Assembly (NCBI GenBank): GCA_047495785.1
Contig: JBLDXI010000013.1
Coordinates: forward strand, 3,038,001 to 3,102,000
Direction: 5' to 3'
From: Lepidodermella squamata
Lineage: Eukaryota; Animalia; Gastrotricha
DNA: 64,000 nucleotides
Shown here: piece by piece, positions 13,582 through 24,267 of the stretch
Layout: the number at the start of each line of letters is the position of its first letter
How positions within the stretch are numbered: position 1 is the stretch's first letter
Made by a program: the position numbers and the translations under genes
Notes under the pieces: generated by a model
Databases searched by the model: none
What the model saw: the letters and a program-made list of their open reading frames with translations, nothing else
Told to the model about the DNA's origin: nothing

Positions 13582-14819
13582 AACGCTGAATCAGACGTTT
13601 TAATTTAAAGAAAATTACGATGCTGGTTTTTATTGTAAAAAAGGGCGTGCGATCGTTTGCTCGTTTTTATATTCTAGTTGTTTGCAAATAATTTTAAATG
13701 ACTTCGGGTGATCAAAGTGATACTGAAAACATGAATAAAACCCGGTAAATAATAACGTTCGAAAACTTGTTTTTCAATTGAAATCGTTGCTCAATTCACA
13801 ATATTTCACAAGCTTAAATTCCGATTTTCTATCACTCGAATTTTTCTGGTGAATCTTTAAAACAAATTTCGAATTAAATGTTTGATTTGATTCAGACTGA
13901 ATTTGTAGATATCTTCGACACTTCGTCCGATGAACAGCAAGATTCTGGAACTTATGAACAACTAACGGTGTTTTTTCAGGAAAATTCCTCCGCGTGGTTA
14001 ACCGAGGAAACTGAGCTTGCCCGATTCCCAGCCTTGTGGCGTGAATTTTCTCATAAAATAAATTTTACGGCCCAAAGCCTTGGTTCACGTTGACAGCATG
14101 CAGATCATCACGCCCTAATAAAACGTATGGTTGGTAAAATTTGAAGTTCGAATATTATTGGCTTTTTTTCCTAGCTGAACTCTAATTTGTTATCGATTTT
14201 TCTCGCTGGGATTGGCCATATGATGTCGCGAAATCAAGGTATAAAATCAGTAAAATCGAATGTTCAGATTTAGCTCATTGAGAGATGGGTCTCAATATAT
14301 AGCTCAAATCCCAAATCTGAAATAACTTATGAATTCACAGAATTTCGCTATAAAATTAATGAATATTTTAAGGTGGATTCACCAATTTTATGGTAATAAT
14401 TTGATGGATATTTGGGTGTCGATGCCCTTCGAACCTTGTTGCAACATCAAAGGAATTAAACATTGAGAAATAAAACCAAGATGCAAATGGCGGGATGTCG
14501 AGTGAAAACGTCGAATGGCGGTGAAAAGATGAATCATCTTTTCGAAATGTTGGACGGAACGTACGCCGCCACTTGTGTGAGATCAAGTTATAGGATTGCG
14601 CCCGTGTATAGATGCTGACGGCCGATCTCTAAAGATGAATCAGCACGCTACTATTAATATAACAGGCACGCCTTTACAGCCGCAGCCGAATCTGTAGTCA
14701 AATTTAACTCTGATTTAAGGCGCGCCGCGTTTTAACACGTCTTCTTCATATTTGAACAATAGACAGATCATACCTACTCGTTGCCTAGTTAATTTCTCAG
14801 TTTCAATCAGCCATCTGAA

Positions 14820-15339
14820 ATGGAGTATTCGGTTCCAGCAGAATTCACTGAGGCAACGGCACGCTTCAAATCCATTCAGGTGCCGTCTTCGATCCAACCG
14901 ACTGTCGAAACGTTCAACAACGAGATGAAGGAATGCCGACAAGAGCACGAAAAGTTGGCGAACGAAACCGCAGATAACCCGGAGGATCGAGCCAAAAACA
15001 TGGATCGCCTGAGAGCGCTGAATGGGCGAATGAAGAAAGCCCAAGAAAACTTTGCGGTTCGTTTCATTTTTGTCGCCGTTTCAATAATTTCTTGAAACGA
15101 ATACTGTTTTCTAGGAAAATGTGGAACGCGAATTCGGCGCTTTGACCAACGCGGAACAAGAACGAGCCCTCGTGTACGTGGAGGCTCAGACCGAATTCGT
15201 CGAGGGTTGGTTCAGTTGGTTCGGCAAATGCTTGTCTCGTGTCATTGAGGCAATCAAGAATTCCATCATGAATTTCGCAACTGCCGTAGCCGGTTTGTTC
15301 CGTTCATGCTGGGGCGCCGTTCAGGGCATTATCTGGTAA
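14820..15339 (+). CDS. Novel helical family, subtype A copy 1 (153 aa; exons 14820-15056, 15115-15339)
   Basis: In-frame GT-AG intron; paralogues at 18809 and 20740 share the intron position; amphipathic Trp/Phe-rich C-terminus. Confidence 0.8.
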
Positions 15340-15454
15340 TATCTGTAAATAATCTCTCCGGGTCATAATAAAGCTTCTCTTAAATATTTATAATAATGTC
15401 AAATTGTTGTGATTTTTTTATAAATTTTAGGATTCGATTTTAAGACAACAGAAG

Positions 15455-16244
15455 ATGAGATTATTTGGCCTCCCATCTTTGCTAACTTTTTCTTGGCGTT
15501 CACAAGCAGCAACAACAGCAACAACAACAGCCACACCGCAAATACCCCCGAATCTTGCCGAAGCTTTGAACGTGACGCGCCTGCATCACGGCCATCTGAT
15601 TCTCACCGAGTCGGATGGTTTTCAGACGGTTTTCCGCGGGCTTGGCGAGCGAATGCGGCAAAACTTGAATGTTGCTGTCAATGACATTATTGGAGCCGGC
15701 CAGCGAGAAAGAAATCACCAGGATTTCCAAGGACTGATGAATCGCCAGCAACAGGCGTTACAGCGATTTCAGGTATCTAAATACGTTTTGCATTATGTAG
15801 AAAGAATATTGTACGTTTTATTTCTTCTAGGCTGGATTTGAAGATATTTTTGTTAATCTGAGCGTCGAACAGCAGGAAGCTGCACTTCAAGTCTACGAAC
15901 AACTGGCTGATTACCTGGAGAACAGCTTCTACCCATGGCTAGCCGGAGAAACTGCGAGCGTTTTCGAGCTGGTTCGAGCTGGTGGCACTCCTAACGTTGA
16001 TCAGGCTCTTCAGCGATTTCAAAGCATTCTGGTTACCATGAGAACGAATTTTGAGGTGGCCTTTTCCGCGGCGACTCTTCGAAATGATGCTGCCAGGTCG
16101 AGCAACGGCAATCAGCGTCAGCCTGAGGGCGAGGAAGATGGGAGCGAAATACAGTCTGCGGATCTTGCAATTTCACTCAATGGCAAAGAGAACAGACGCC
16201 AGCTTTCTAAATCGGAAAATCAGAATGTCCACCCTCTAGATTGA
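15455..16244 (+). CDS. Novel helical family, subtype B copy 1 (243 aa; exons 15455-15772, 15831-16244)
   Basis: In-frame intron; near-identical paralogue at 19919 and divergent paralogues at 29779 and 31248. Confidence 0.8.
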
Positions 16245-16899
16245 GTTAGAAGCTGACTACTGGCAGCATGAAGTCATAACTAAAATCTTTCACATGAGTG
16301 ATCTTTTATTCGGTATATATATTCAAGCTAAAATACCTAGAGGTGAATAAAAGTCAATGGACTGAACATTTTATTTGTTAATTATTTCTTCGTCTTTATG
16401 GTTATAGTTTAAATAATTATTAAGCGAAGCTGGGCCAGACAGAAATCTGTAAGAAGGTTTTATACCCACAGTTTTACTTATATTCAGATCTAATTCAGAT
16501 TCTAATTATATTCAGATATAACAGGTTGTTCCGTCCAACAAGACGGACATATTTAAACTTCATTATAAAATTGATTAGAAATTTCAATTCTTTGTTGTAA
16601 AAGAAATTTTTTCTTAGCGTTCAAAGCCTTCAAAGCAAAAGCATCTCTGCGACCCTGTATCTGACCCTGCCTTTTGCCTATTCATTGATCTGATTACCAA
16701 AAACATACCATTCTTGGAGTATTTACAAGACGCGCAGATAAGCCTAGCGCATGGATCCGCGCCGGGCAAGGAGGAGCTCTTTTGTGCCATTCTATTCCAG
16801 CAATAAGGTAGTTGCGGTGTTCATAAATGCGAAAACTCGATCATGCGTATCTAATACGAGACCTATAGCCATTTATATCGTATGCGGGACTCCCAACAT

Positions 16900-17473
16900 G
16901 ATCGGTCTGTTCAAAAACGGGTTAAAACTGGTAGCACCAGGTTTTAACCAGCTAATTTTAACAAAGGATGTTCAAAATAGTAGGTGTCCACTTAATGGAC
17001 TACTTAATGGACTACATAACGTAGACATAAGGCTGGCTCTATGCGGAGGTCTCATGGAAGTGAGCCGCATAGTTGAAAAACAACGGTTAAGCATCTTAGG
17101 CCAGATTTTGCGGAGTCAAAGTCCAACTACGTGTTGCTCTGATGGTCGATATGATAGCATCAATGGGATCAATGGGGCTTGGCAGCACGCGATTCTATCA
17201 ATTGATTAATATAGTGTGAAAAAAACCACACCCACCAACCCGACCAGCTCCACTATCGCGACCGACCCAGCAACAAGTAGTTGGACTTTGACACTGCATA
17301 TCGAGACTAAGATGATGTACTTCGGACACGTTGTTAGATCAAGCAACTATGACGCAGAAGGACTAATTAAAAAAATTTATATTTGGACGCCTCCATTGGA
17401 ATGGTTTGCACCTAGAGGACGACCCCGAACTAGATGGATCCACGGAGTGCATAGAAGTTTGATTAAAGATTAA
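16900..17473 (+). mobile_element. Degenerate 3' end of an RTE-like non-LTR retrotransposon
   Basis: Broken ORF fragments IVEKQRLSILGQILR and MYFGHVVR...WTPP...PRGRPRTRW match the typical C-terminal signature of LINE ORF2 (RLRWFGHVxR...RGRPRxRW). Confidence 0.65.
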
Positions 17474-18054
17474 AGCAGGACTGACTAAGGAATTGCGCCG
17501 GAAAAAGAAAACTAGCACAAAAGAATAAGGCCAAGGATAAGAAGGGCAAAACGCCAAAGAAAAAGGGAAGGAAAAATCCGGCGAAAAGGAGTTTGAAATT
17601 AAAATTATGCCCGGTTTTCAACTAGCTATTTGAAATAGATGAATGGCGCATGATTGTTAACTCGATTGAAAACTATGAATTTTTCGGAAAAAGCAAGATC
17701 TTCAACTGTGGGGGTGGGTAAGAATTTCTCTTTGCCTGCCTTCGCCCTCTTCAAAACCGGAAACGGTATATGACGCCCAGTCTAGGAGAGGCTTAAATAA
17801 AACTATTATCATTATTATGTTCAAAATAAAAAAAACATCATGTTTACATCATTTTTGGCTTCACAAGATTCGTTTTTATTATTCATTATGCCTATTCTAT
17901 TCCAAATTTGATTTGAATTTCCAAGGAATTCGTAAGTCGAGAAAAAATTAGTAAAATAAGGAACTAAAATCGGGCAAATCTGTTGGAATCTGTTGGAAGT
18001 CGATGATACATGTCTCGATATATGAATCACATCTAAATTCTAGAAAATTGCGAA

Positions 18055-18255
18055 AGATTTCCGTAGCGCCGGAGAAATTTGGACAGTGTATAATTTTGGC
18101 CTATTCGGCTTTGCAAGTGAATAGCTTTTCGACGCCGTCCGATAAAAATACATTGTTTGTTGCATAAAATTCCCCGTCTCTTGAGCTTTCGAATGGCGAA
18201 AGTTCCAAGGTGATTGGAGCAATATTTTATTTTTAAGAAATATTATAAGAAACGC
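18055..18255 (-). repeat. ~200-bp dispersed repeat; copies on + at ~22230-22420, ~28340-28520 and ~40360-40525
   Basis: Shared core ttcttaaaaat..ccaatcacc..gaaagctc.a.a.acgg..attttatgcaacaa..aagctattcac.tg.a.agccg. Confidence 0.75.
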
Positions 18256-18808
18256 CATTTTGCGAGCAGTGATTGAAATGCACATTCCGAATTCACCAGA
18301 GCGTGTTGCATTCAATTCAGGCCCCTTTCAAACGGATAGCGACGAAATTATTGAATTATCGAAGCGGTTTTTTTTATTAAACTGATGATTATGCTGATGA
18401 TCTCCGTTTTCTTGTCAAATCTTGATAACAATTTCATTTTTCATGTTTCGTGTTGAATTGCAACTGTAAGTAAAAAATGATGTCACTGAAACCGCAAATC
18501 AAGCTGGCCTGGCAGTAAAAGGATTAAAAATTGAGCGCCAAAAGAACAAATCGCTTTCGAAACCTTCGAATTAAGATGAATCATCTGTGGGAGCAGCGGA
18601 CGCAGCCCTTTTGTCAGAGATCGAGTTAAATGATCGCATGCCTGATGCAGGTGCGGATAGCCGATCCTAAGATGAATCAGCAAACCACTAAATAAATTAA
18701 ACAGGCATCCTATATTAACCTTAGCCGAATCAAAAGTCAAATTTAACTACTTGGAAGCAGCTCGTTGGCTTTTCAATATCGACATCGGCTTTCCATTAGC
18801 GATCTGAA

Positions 18809-19319
18809 ATGATGAATTTTGTGGTTCCAGCATGCGTCTCACTGGCATCTGCTCGCCTCCAGTCAATGCAGGCGCCTCCTCCGATCCAGCGATGTGTCGA
18901 AACGTACAACAATGAGATGACCGCATGCCGCCGTGAGCATGAACGATTGACAAACGATACGGCAGCTAATGATCCGGAGCAACGTGCCAGAATCAGCGAA
19001 CGCCTGAAAACGCTCAACGAACGAATGAAAACGGTGCAAGACAATTTCATGGTTCGTTTTAGCACTGTTGAATATGTCTAAAAACCGATATTTTGCTTCT
19101 ATAATATAGGGCAATGTTGAACACGAGTTCGGCAGGTTGGCTAATTCCGAACAAGAGCGAGTCCTCCCGTACCTGGAAGCTCAGACTGATTTCGTCGAGA
19201 AATGGCTCAGTTGGTTCGGCGACTGCTTGGTCCGTGTCCTTGACGCCATTAAGAATTATATCATGAATTTAGCCAAGACCTTGGCCGCCTTCTTTCGCTC
19301 GTGCTGGGGTGCCGCTTAG
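18809..19319 (+). CDS. Novel helical family, subtype A copy 2 (exons 18809-19051, 19110-19319)
   Basis: Clear paralogue of 14820 with the same intron; ends a few codons early through a CAG>TAG change. Confidence 0.75.
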
Positions 19320-19610
19320 GCCATGTTCTGACAGAACTGCGCCGAATAGTTTGCAATCAATCACGCTGGGTCAGAATTAAGCTTAATTGATTTATAGAAG
19401 CTTTGAATAGCTTGGCTAACATTATGGTAGTCAGATTCTCTCTGAGTTAGTTTTCTGTTGTTCTTGAACTTTGAAAATAAATCTTTTCGCGTGATTGGTA
19501 TATATCGTTTGTTTTATAGGAGGTCAATTTAAACAAAAAATAATGAACTCAATAAAGTCAAAATTGTGATTTTTTGTTTTTTTATAGGGCCCGATTTTAA
19601 GACAAAAGAA

Positions 19611-19788
19611 GATGAGATCTTGGCTCAACCGCTTAGGTTGGCCGCCGAATTGGCCTCGACATGTCACAACAACAACAGCTACTCCGCTACATCATTGAGG
19701 CAATCAGGAATTCCATCATGAATTTCGCAACTGCCGTAGCCGGCATGTTCCGCTCATGCTGGGACGTCGTTCAGGGCATTATCTGGTA
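19611..19788 (+). pseudogene. Chimeric junction: truncated subtype-B 5' end joined to the 3' end of a subtype-A copy
   Basis: B-type leader (gattttaagacaaaagaagATG, MRSWLNRLG...TTTTATP) breaks at ~19691 into tcattgaggcaatc..., which is near-identical to the 3' end of A copy 3 (from ~21159). Confidence 0.7.
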
Positions 19789-19918
19789 GAACTGCGCCGA
19801 ATACTCTGTAAATAGTCTTGCTGGGTCATAATAAAGCTTCTCTTAAATATTTATAATAATGTCAAATTGTTGTGATTTTTTTTATAAATTTTAGGATTTG
19901 ATTTTAAGACAACAGAAG

Positions 19919-21256
19919 ATGAGATTTGGCCTCCTATCTTTGCCAACTTTTTCTTGGCGTTCACAAGCAAAAACAACAGCAACAACAACTGATACACCGC
20001 AAATACCCCCGAATCTGGCCGAAGCTTTGAACGTGACGCGCCTGCATCACGGCCATCTGATTCTCACCGAGTCGGATGGTTTTCAGACGGTTTTCCGCGG
20101 GCTTGGCGAGCGAATGCGGCAAAACTTGAATGTTGCTGTCAGTGACATTATTGGAGCCGGCCAGCGAGAAAGAAATCACCAGGATTTCCAAGGGCTGATG
20201 AACCGCCAGCAACAGGCGTTACTGCAATTTAAGGTGGGTAAAAATGATGAGCATTCAGATTAATTCGGATTTTTAATTGCTTCTAGGCTGGGTTTGAAGA
20301 GATTTTGGTTAATCTAAACGTCGAACAGCTGGAAGCTGCACTTCAAGTCTACGAAGAATTAACCGATTATCTAGAAGGAAAGTTCTACCCATGGCTAGCC
20401 AGAGAAACTGCGAGCGTTTTCGAGCTGCTTCGAGCCGGTAGCACTCCTAACGTTGATCAGGCTGTTCGACGATTTCGAGGCATTCTGGACTGCATGAAAA
20501 CGAATTTCGACCTGGCATTTGCTGCGGCGAATCTTCAGCACGATGCTGCCAGGTCAAGCAACGGTAATCAGCGTCAGCCTGAAGGCGAGGAAGATGTCGA
20601 GGCGACGAATTTTGAAGAGGCCCTTTCTGCGGCGACTCTTCAAAATGATGCTGACAGGTCGATCAACGGCAGCAAGACTCAGCCCGCACCCAAAGAAAAG
20701 ATTCTTACAATCTCAGCTTTCAATTCAAAGCCATCTGAAATGGATTATTCGGTTCCAGCAGAAGTCACTCAGTCATCGGCACTCCTCAAATCGATTGACG
20801 TGCCGTCTTCGATCAAACCGACTGTCGATACGTTCAACAACGAGATGAAAGAATGCCGACAAGAGCACCAAAAGTTGGCGAGCGAAACCGCAGATAAACC
20901 GGAGGATCGAGCCAAAAACATGGATCGCCTGAGAGCGCTGAATGGGCGAATGAAGAAAGCCCAAGAAAACTTTGCGGTTTGTTTCATCTTTGTCGCCGTT
21001 AGATATTTTTCTAAAAGAAAATTCTTTCCAGGAAAATGTGGAACGCGAATTCGGCACTTTGACTAACGCCGAACAAGAGCGAGCTCTCGTGTACGTGAAG
21101 GCTCAGACCGAATTCGTCGAGGGTTGGTTCAGTTGGTTCGGCAAATGCTTGTCTCGTGTCATTGAGGCAATCAAGAATTCCATCATGAATTTCGCAACTG
21201 CCGTAGCCGGCATGTTCCGCTCATGCTGGGACGTCGTTCAGGGCATTATCTGGTAG
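19919..21256 (+). CDS. In-frame B-A fusion gene (~409 aa; exons 19919-20233, 20287-20976, 21032-21256); the embedded A copy keeps its own ATG at 20740
   Basis: The B exon 2 ORF runs without a stop into MDYSVPAE (A N-terminus); both introns are conserved and in frame. Confidence 0.75.
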
Positions 21257-21750
21257 AACTGCGCCGAATACTCTGTAAATAATCTCTCTGGGTCAAAATA
21301 AGCTTCTCTCAACCGATTAACATGAGTTCAAAATTGCGATTTTCGGTCCCGCAAGTGGAGGACCTTAGCCAAAATCAGCTTATGTTGTTACCATACTGGT
21401 TACTTAATACTTAAAGTCGCAAATTGGCCGTGTTTGCGACATGAATTCATTGCTATAATGTTGCTCATCGTCAGTTACTCACCGCTAATTATGTTAACTA
21501 CAATATCTGAATAAAAGTCAATGATATTTGATTTCTTAGCTTTTACGGTTATATTTCTACATTTTTAATTATGGGTCGCTATATTCGTACTTGAACAAGT
21601 TTTTCACTATTTGTACTCAGAAGGTGTTTCAGTAGCGGATAATTAAAAAAGTTTTGATCACATTAATCTTCGTTTGAAACTGATTAGGGCTCATATTCAC
21701 CTCGTTGGGATAAACCGATTGATGAATTCTTAGGTGGTTAATTAACCTCA

Positions 21751-23201
21751 AAAGACCCCACGAAAAAAGATTTTCTCGAAAAAATTAGAGAATATAGATC
21801 TCACCTCTCACTGAACGCTTACAGAATTTCCGGCCGGTGAACGTCTTTTGGCAGAAAATATCGAGAAGAGACGCGTTTTCGCACACTGATTATTATTGCT
21901 TTTCGAGAATTTTGAAAAAATCGTCCCTGATGAATCACAACGTCATGATAGAGACTAAAAAATAACAATCAGGCCCGCGCCATTAAATCTTTGCTGGTAT
22001 TTGGAAGATTTGAGAATTCCAGAAAAGCAGCGGGCAGCGGCCAAGAAAGAAAAAACTCATGATGAATCATTTCGTCAAATGTAAATGTACTAGCGTCAGG
22101 TCTCTCTTTTTTGTTTACCTAGGCAAACATCTCACTATTAAAATGCTTCTGAACGGAAAAAAACCGCCTGAAAAAATAATAATCGCAAAGTCGTTCAAAA
22201 ATCCAAAATCAACTTTTGATTTGCCTCGCTTATTAATATTTCTTAAAAATCAAGTATTGCTCCAATCACCTTGTAAAACTTGCATCATTCGAAAGCTCGA
22301 GAGACGAGGAATTTTATGCAACAAACTCTGCTATTTTATTGTACGGTGTTACAAAGCTATTCACCTGCATAGCCGGAGTGTCCAAAATGACCCTGTTCAA
22401 ATGTTTCCGGCGCCAGGGTGCTCGAAAAGCGTGTTTTAATGCTCAGAGTGGTTTCTTTCGTTGCTTTAGTTACAGAGAGAATAATCCTTGGTCTAAGTTT
22501 TAGGCTGCTCGAACTCTCTGAAACTGTTCATTGATTGCCCAAGTGAATTGGGTCATTTAACAATAAAATTGACCTAATAAGGCCAGCATTGCAGTAATAT
22601 TTTTGTCCAGAAAAAAGAGAAGGGAACGAATAAATTCATTACTTTCAGTTAAAAATATTACGTATGCATTACAAAATCAGAGAGCAATCCTGACGATCTG
22701 GTAATAAAGAAAAAGCAATCTGAAGCTCTTCTGACACTTTTTGATTCCATGCAGTATCAGTCCTAGGCTTTATCATAATGTTAATTGCTAACTAAAAAGC
22801 ATCATTGTTTATAGGAGAATGCGAAATAAATTTTAAATTTATTCCATGAATTGTTAATGGATCAATTTTAGCAATATGACTAATTGCGATCATCAAGAGC
22901 TAGCCACGCTTCCGTACCTGGAAGCTGCGCCATATTTCAGCGCGGAATGGTTTCACTGGTTTGGCGATTTCATAGATCGAGTCGTTCAAGCTCTCAGGAA
23001 ATAATGACGACATGTGACAGCTTTTATTGTAAGCTGACACTATCAAATCAAGGGCAGACCAAATTTATCTTGCAAATTCAACATAGAAGATGTTGAGCTT
23101 GATGGCGGCGACACGGTGAATGACCGCGGAATCATTATTTACAGAAATCATACCTACTCCGATCTCTGATAAAAGTCCTCTCTCATAAGAGTATTGTAAC
23201 G
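21751..23201 (+). repeat. ~1.4-kb diverged direct repeat, second copy 27886-29244
   Basis: Colinear similarity throughout (e.g. gcggccaagaaag..aaaactc.tgatgaatcatttcg; cttccgtacctggaagctgcgccatatttcagcgcggaatgg). Each copy holds the dispersed repeat, a degenerate subtype-A gene and a LINE RT fragment. Confidence 0.85.
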
Positions 23202-23308
23202 TCATGCTTCCCTTTTACACTTTATCACGCCTCATTTTTCATCCCTGTGTCTACTCACCCTACCTTCTCACTGACATTGAAAAAATGGGGCTCGTTTCAC
23301 AAAACGCT

Positions 23309-24190
23309 TACCGTCATTTGGGGCAAAATGAACCTTTGGGGCTAATTGGCCAAAAATTGAGGTTTCCACATTTTTATCGATAGCTCAAAAACTACAAGGT
23401 AAAACTTCATAAAAATTTACGGGGACGATTATCAACAAGCCTCCTACAAGCCTGCAAATTTCCAGCCACGTATGTCCCGAAATGAGGTCACGGCATGTTG
23501 TTGCACAGAGGTGAGTTTAGGGAGGTAAAAATGACCCCTCTAAATTGAATTACCTGGAGCCAATCACGAGGTTTGATGATCAGATGAAATTTTTTCCTTT
23601 GACCATTTTCGTCGTAGATGACAGCAAAAAAAACCGCGACCCCAGGCGATGCACAGGTATGGCTAGGTGATTGTGGCCAAATTACCCCATGGAAAACTCA
23701 ATGATGGGGGCTAATTGGCCACCCTTATCCTTATAATGGGTTTTTAATATTTGATGATTGTGAGGGTTGAATGGTCGAGTGGTTGTGATGCGTCATCAGA
23801 ACTTGAGTGATCTGATGAGCGACGGTTCGAATCCTCATAAAGTAGCATTTTTTGCGCCGCATTTAATTTTTTTAATTTTTTGTTTTACTTTTCGCGGAGC
23901 AAAAAATGCTACTTTATGAGGATTCGAACCGTCGCTCATCAGATCACTCAAGTTCTGATGACGCATCACAACCACTCGACCATTCAACCCTCACAATCAT
24001 CAAATATTAAAAACCCATTATAAGGATAAGGGTGGCCAATTAGCCCCAAAACACCTGTCCAATTTGCCCCAAACCTGGGGCAAAATGAGCTTCCTATAAA
24101 ATCGGAATCAGGACCCTCTGAAACGTGTAAAAATGCGAAAAAAACAGGGGTTCATTTATTTCCGCGCCCATTTTGCCCCAATTTACGGTA
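23309..24190. mobile_element. pogo/Tc1-mariner-type MITE (TA target duplication, ~20-bp TIRs) with internal 154-bp hairpin
   Basis: TA-ccgtcatttggggcaaaatg ... cattttgccccaatttacgg-TA (18/20 match); repeated tggggc(a/t)aa subterminal motifs; internal arms 23707-23860 and 23894-24047. Confidence 0.75.
23762..23853 (+). ncRNA. tRNA-derived Pol III unit (A box, B box, T-run); mirror copy on - strand at ~23901-23992
   Basis: A box tggtcgagtgg 23772-23782, B box ggttcgaatcc 23824-23834, internal stem tcatcaga/tctgatga, then a T6 run. No acceptor stem, so not a true tRNA. Confidence 0.55.
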
Positions 24191-24267
24191 CTATTGTATC
24201 AACTTCTATTTTTGTACCACCGGACGATAACAAATTCTGAACAATGGCACGTTTCACGAGCTATACA

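Noticed and set aside
23762-23840. Functional tRNA gene
   Set aside because: A and B boxes are present but there is no acceptor stem or 7-nt anticodon loop; it lies inside a repeat.
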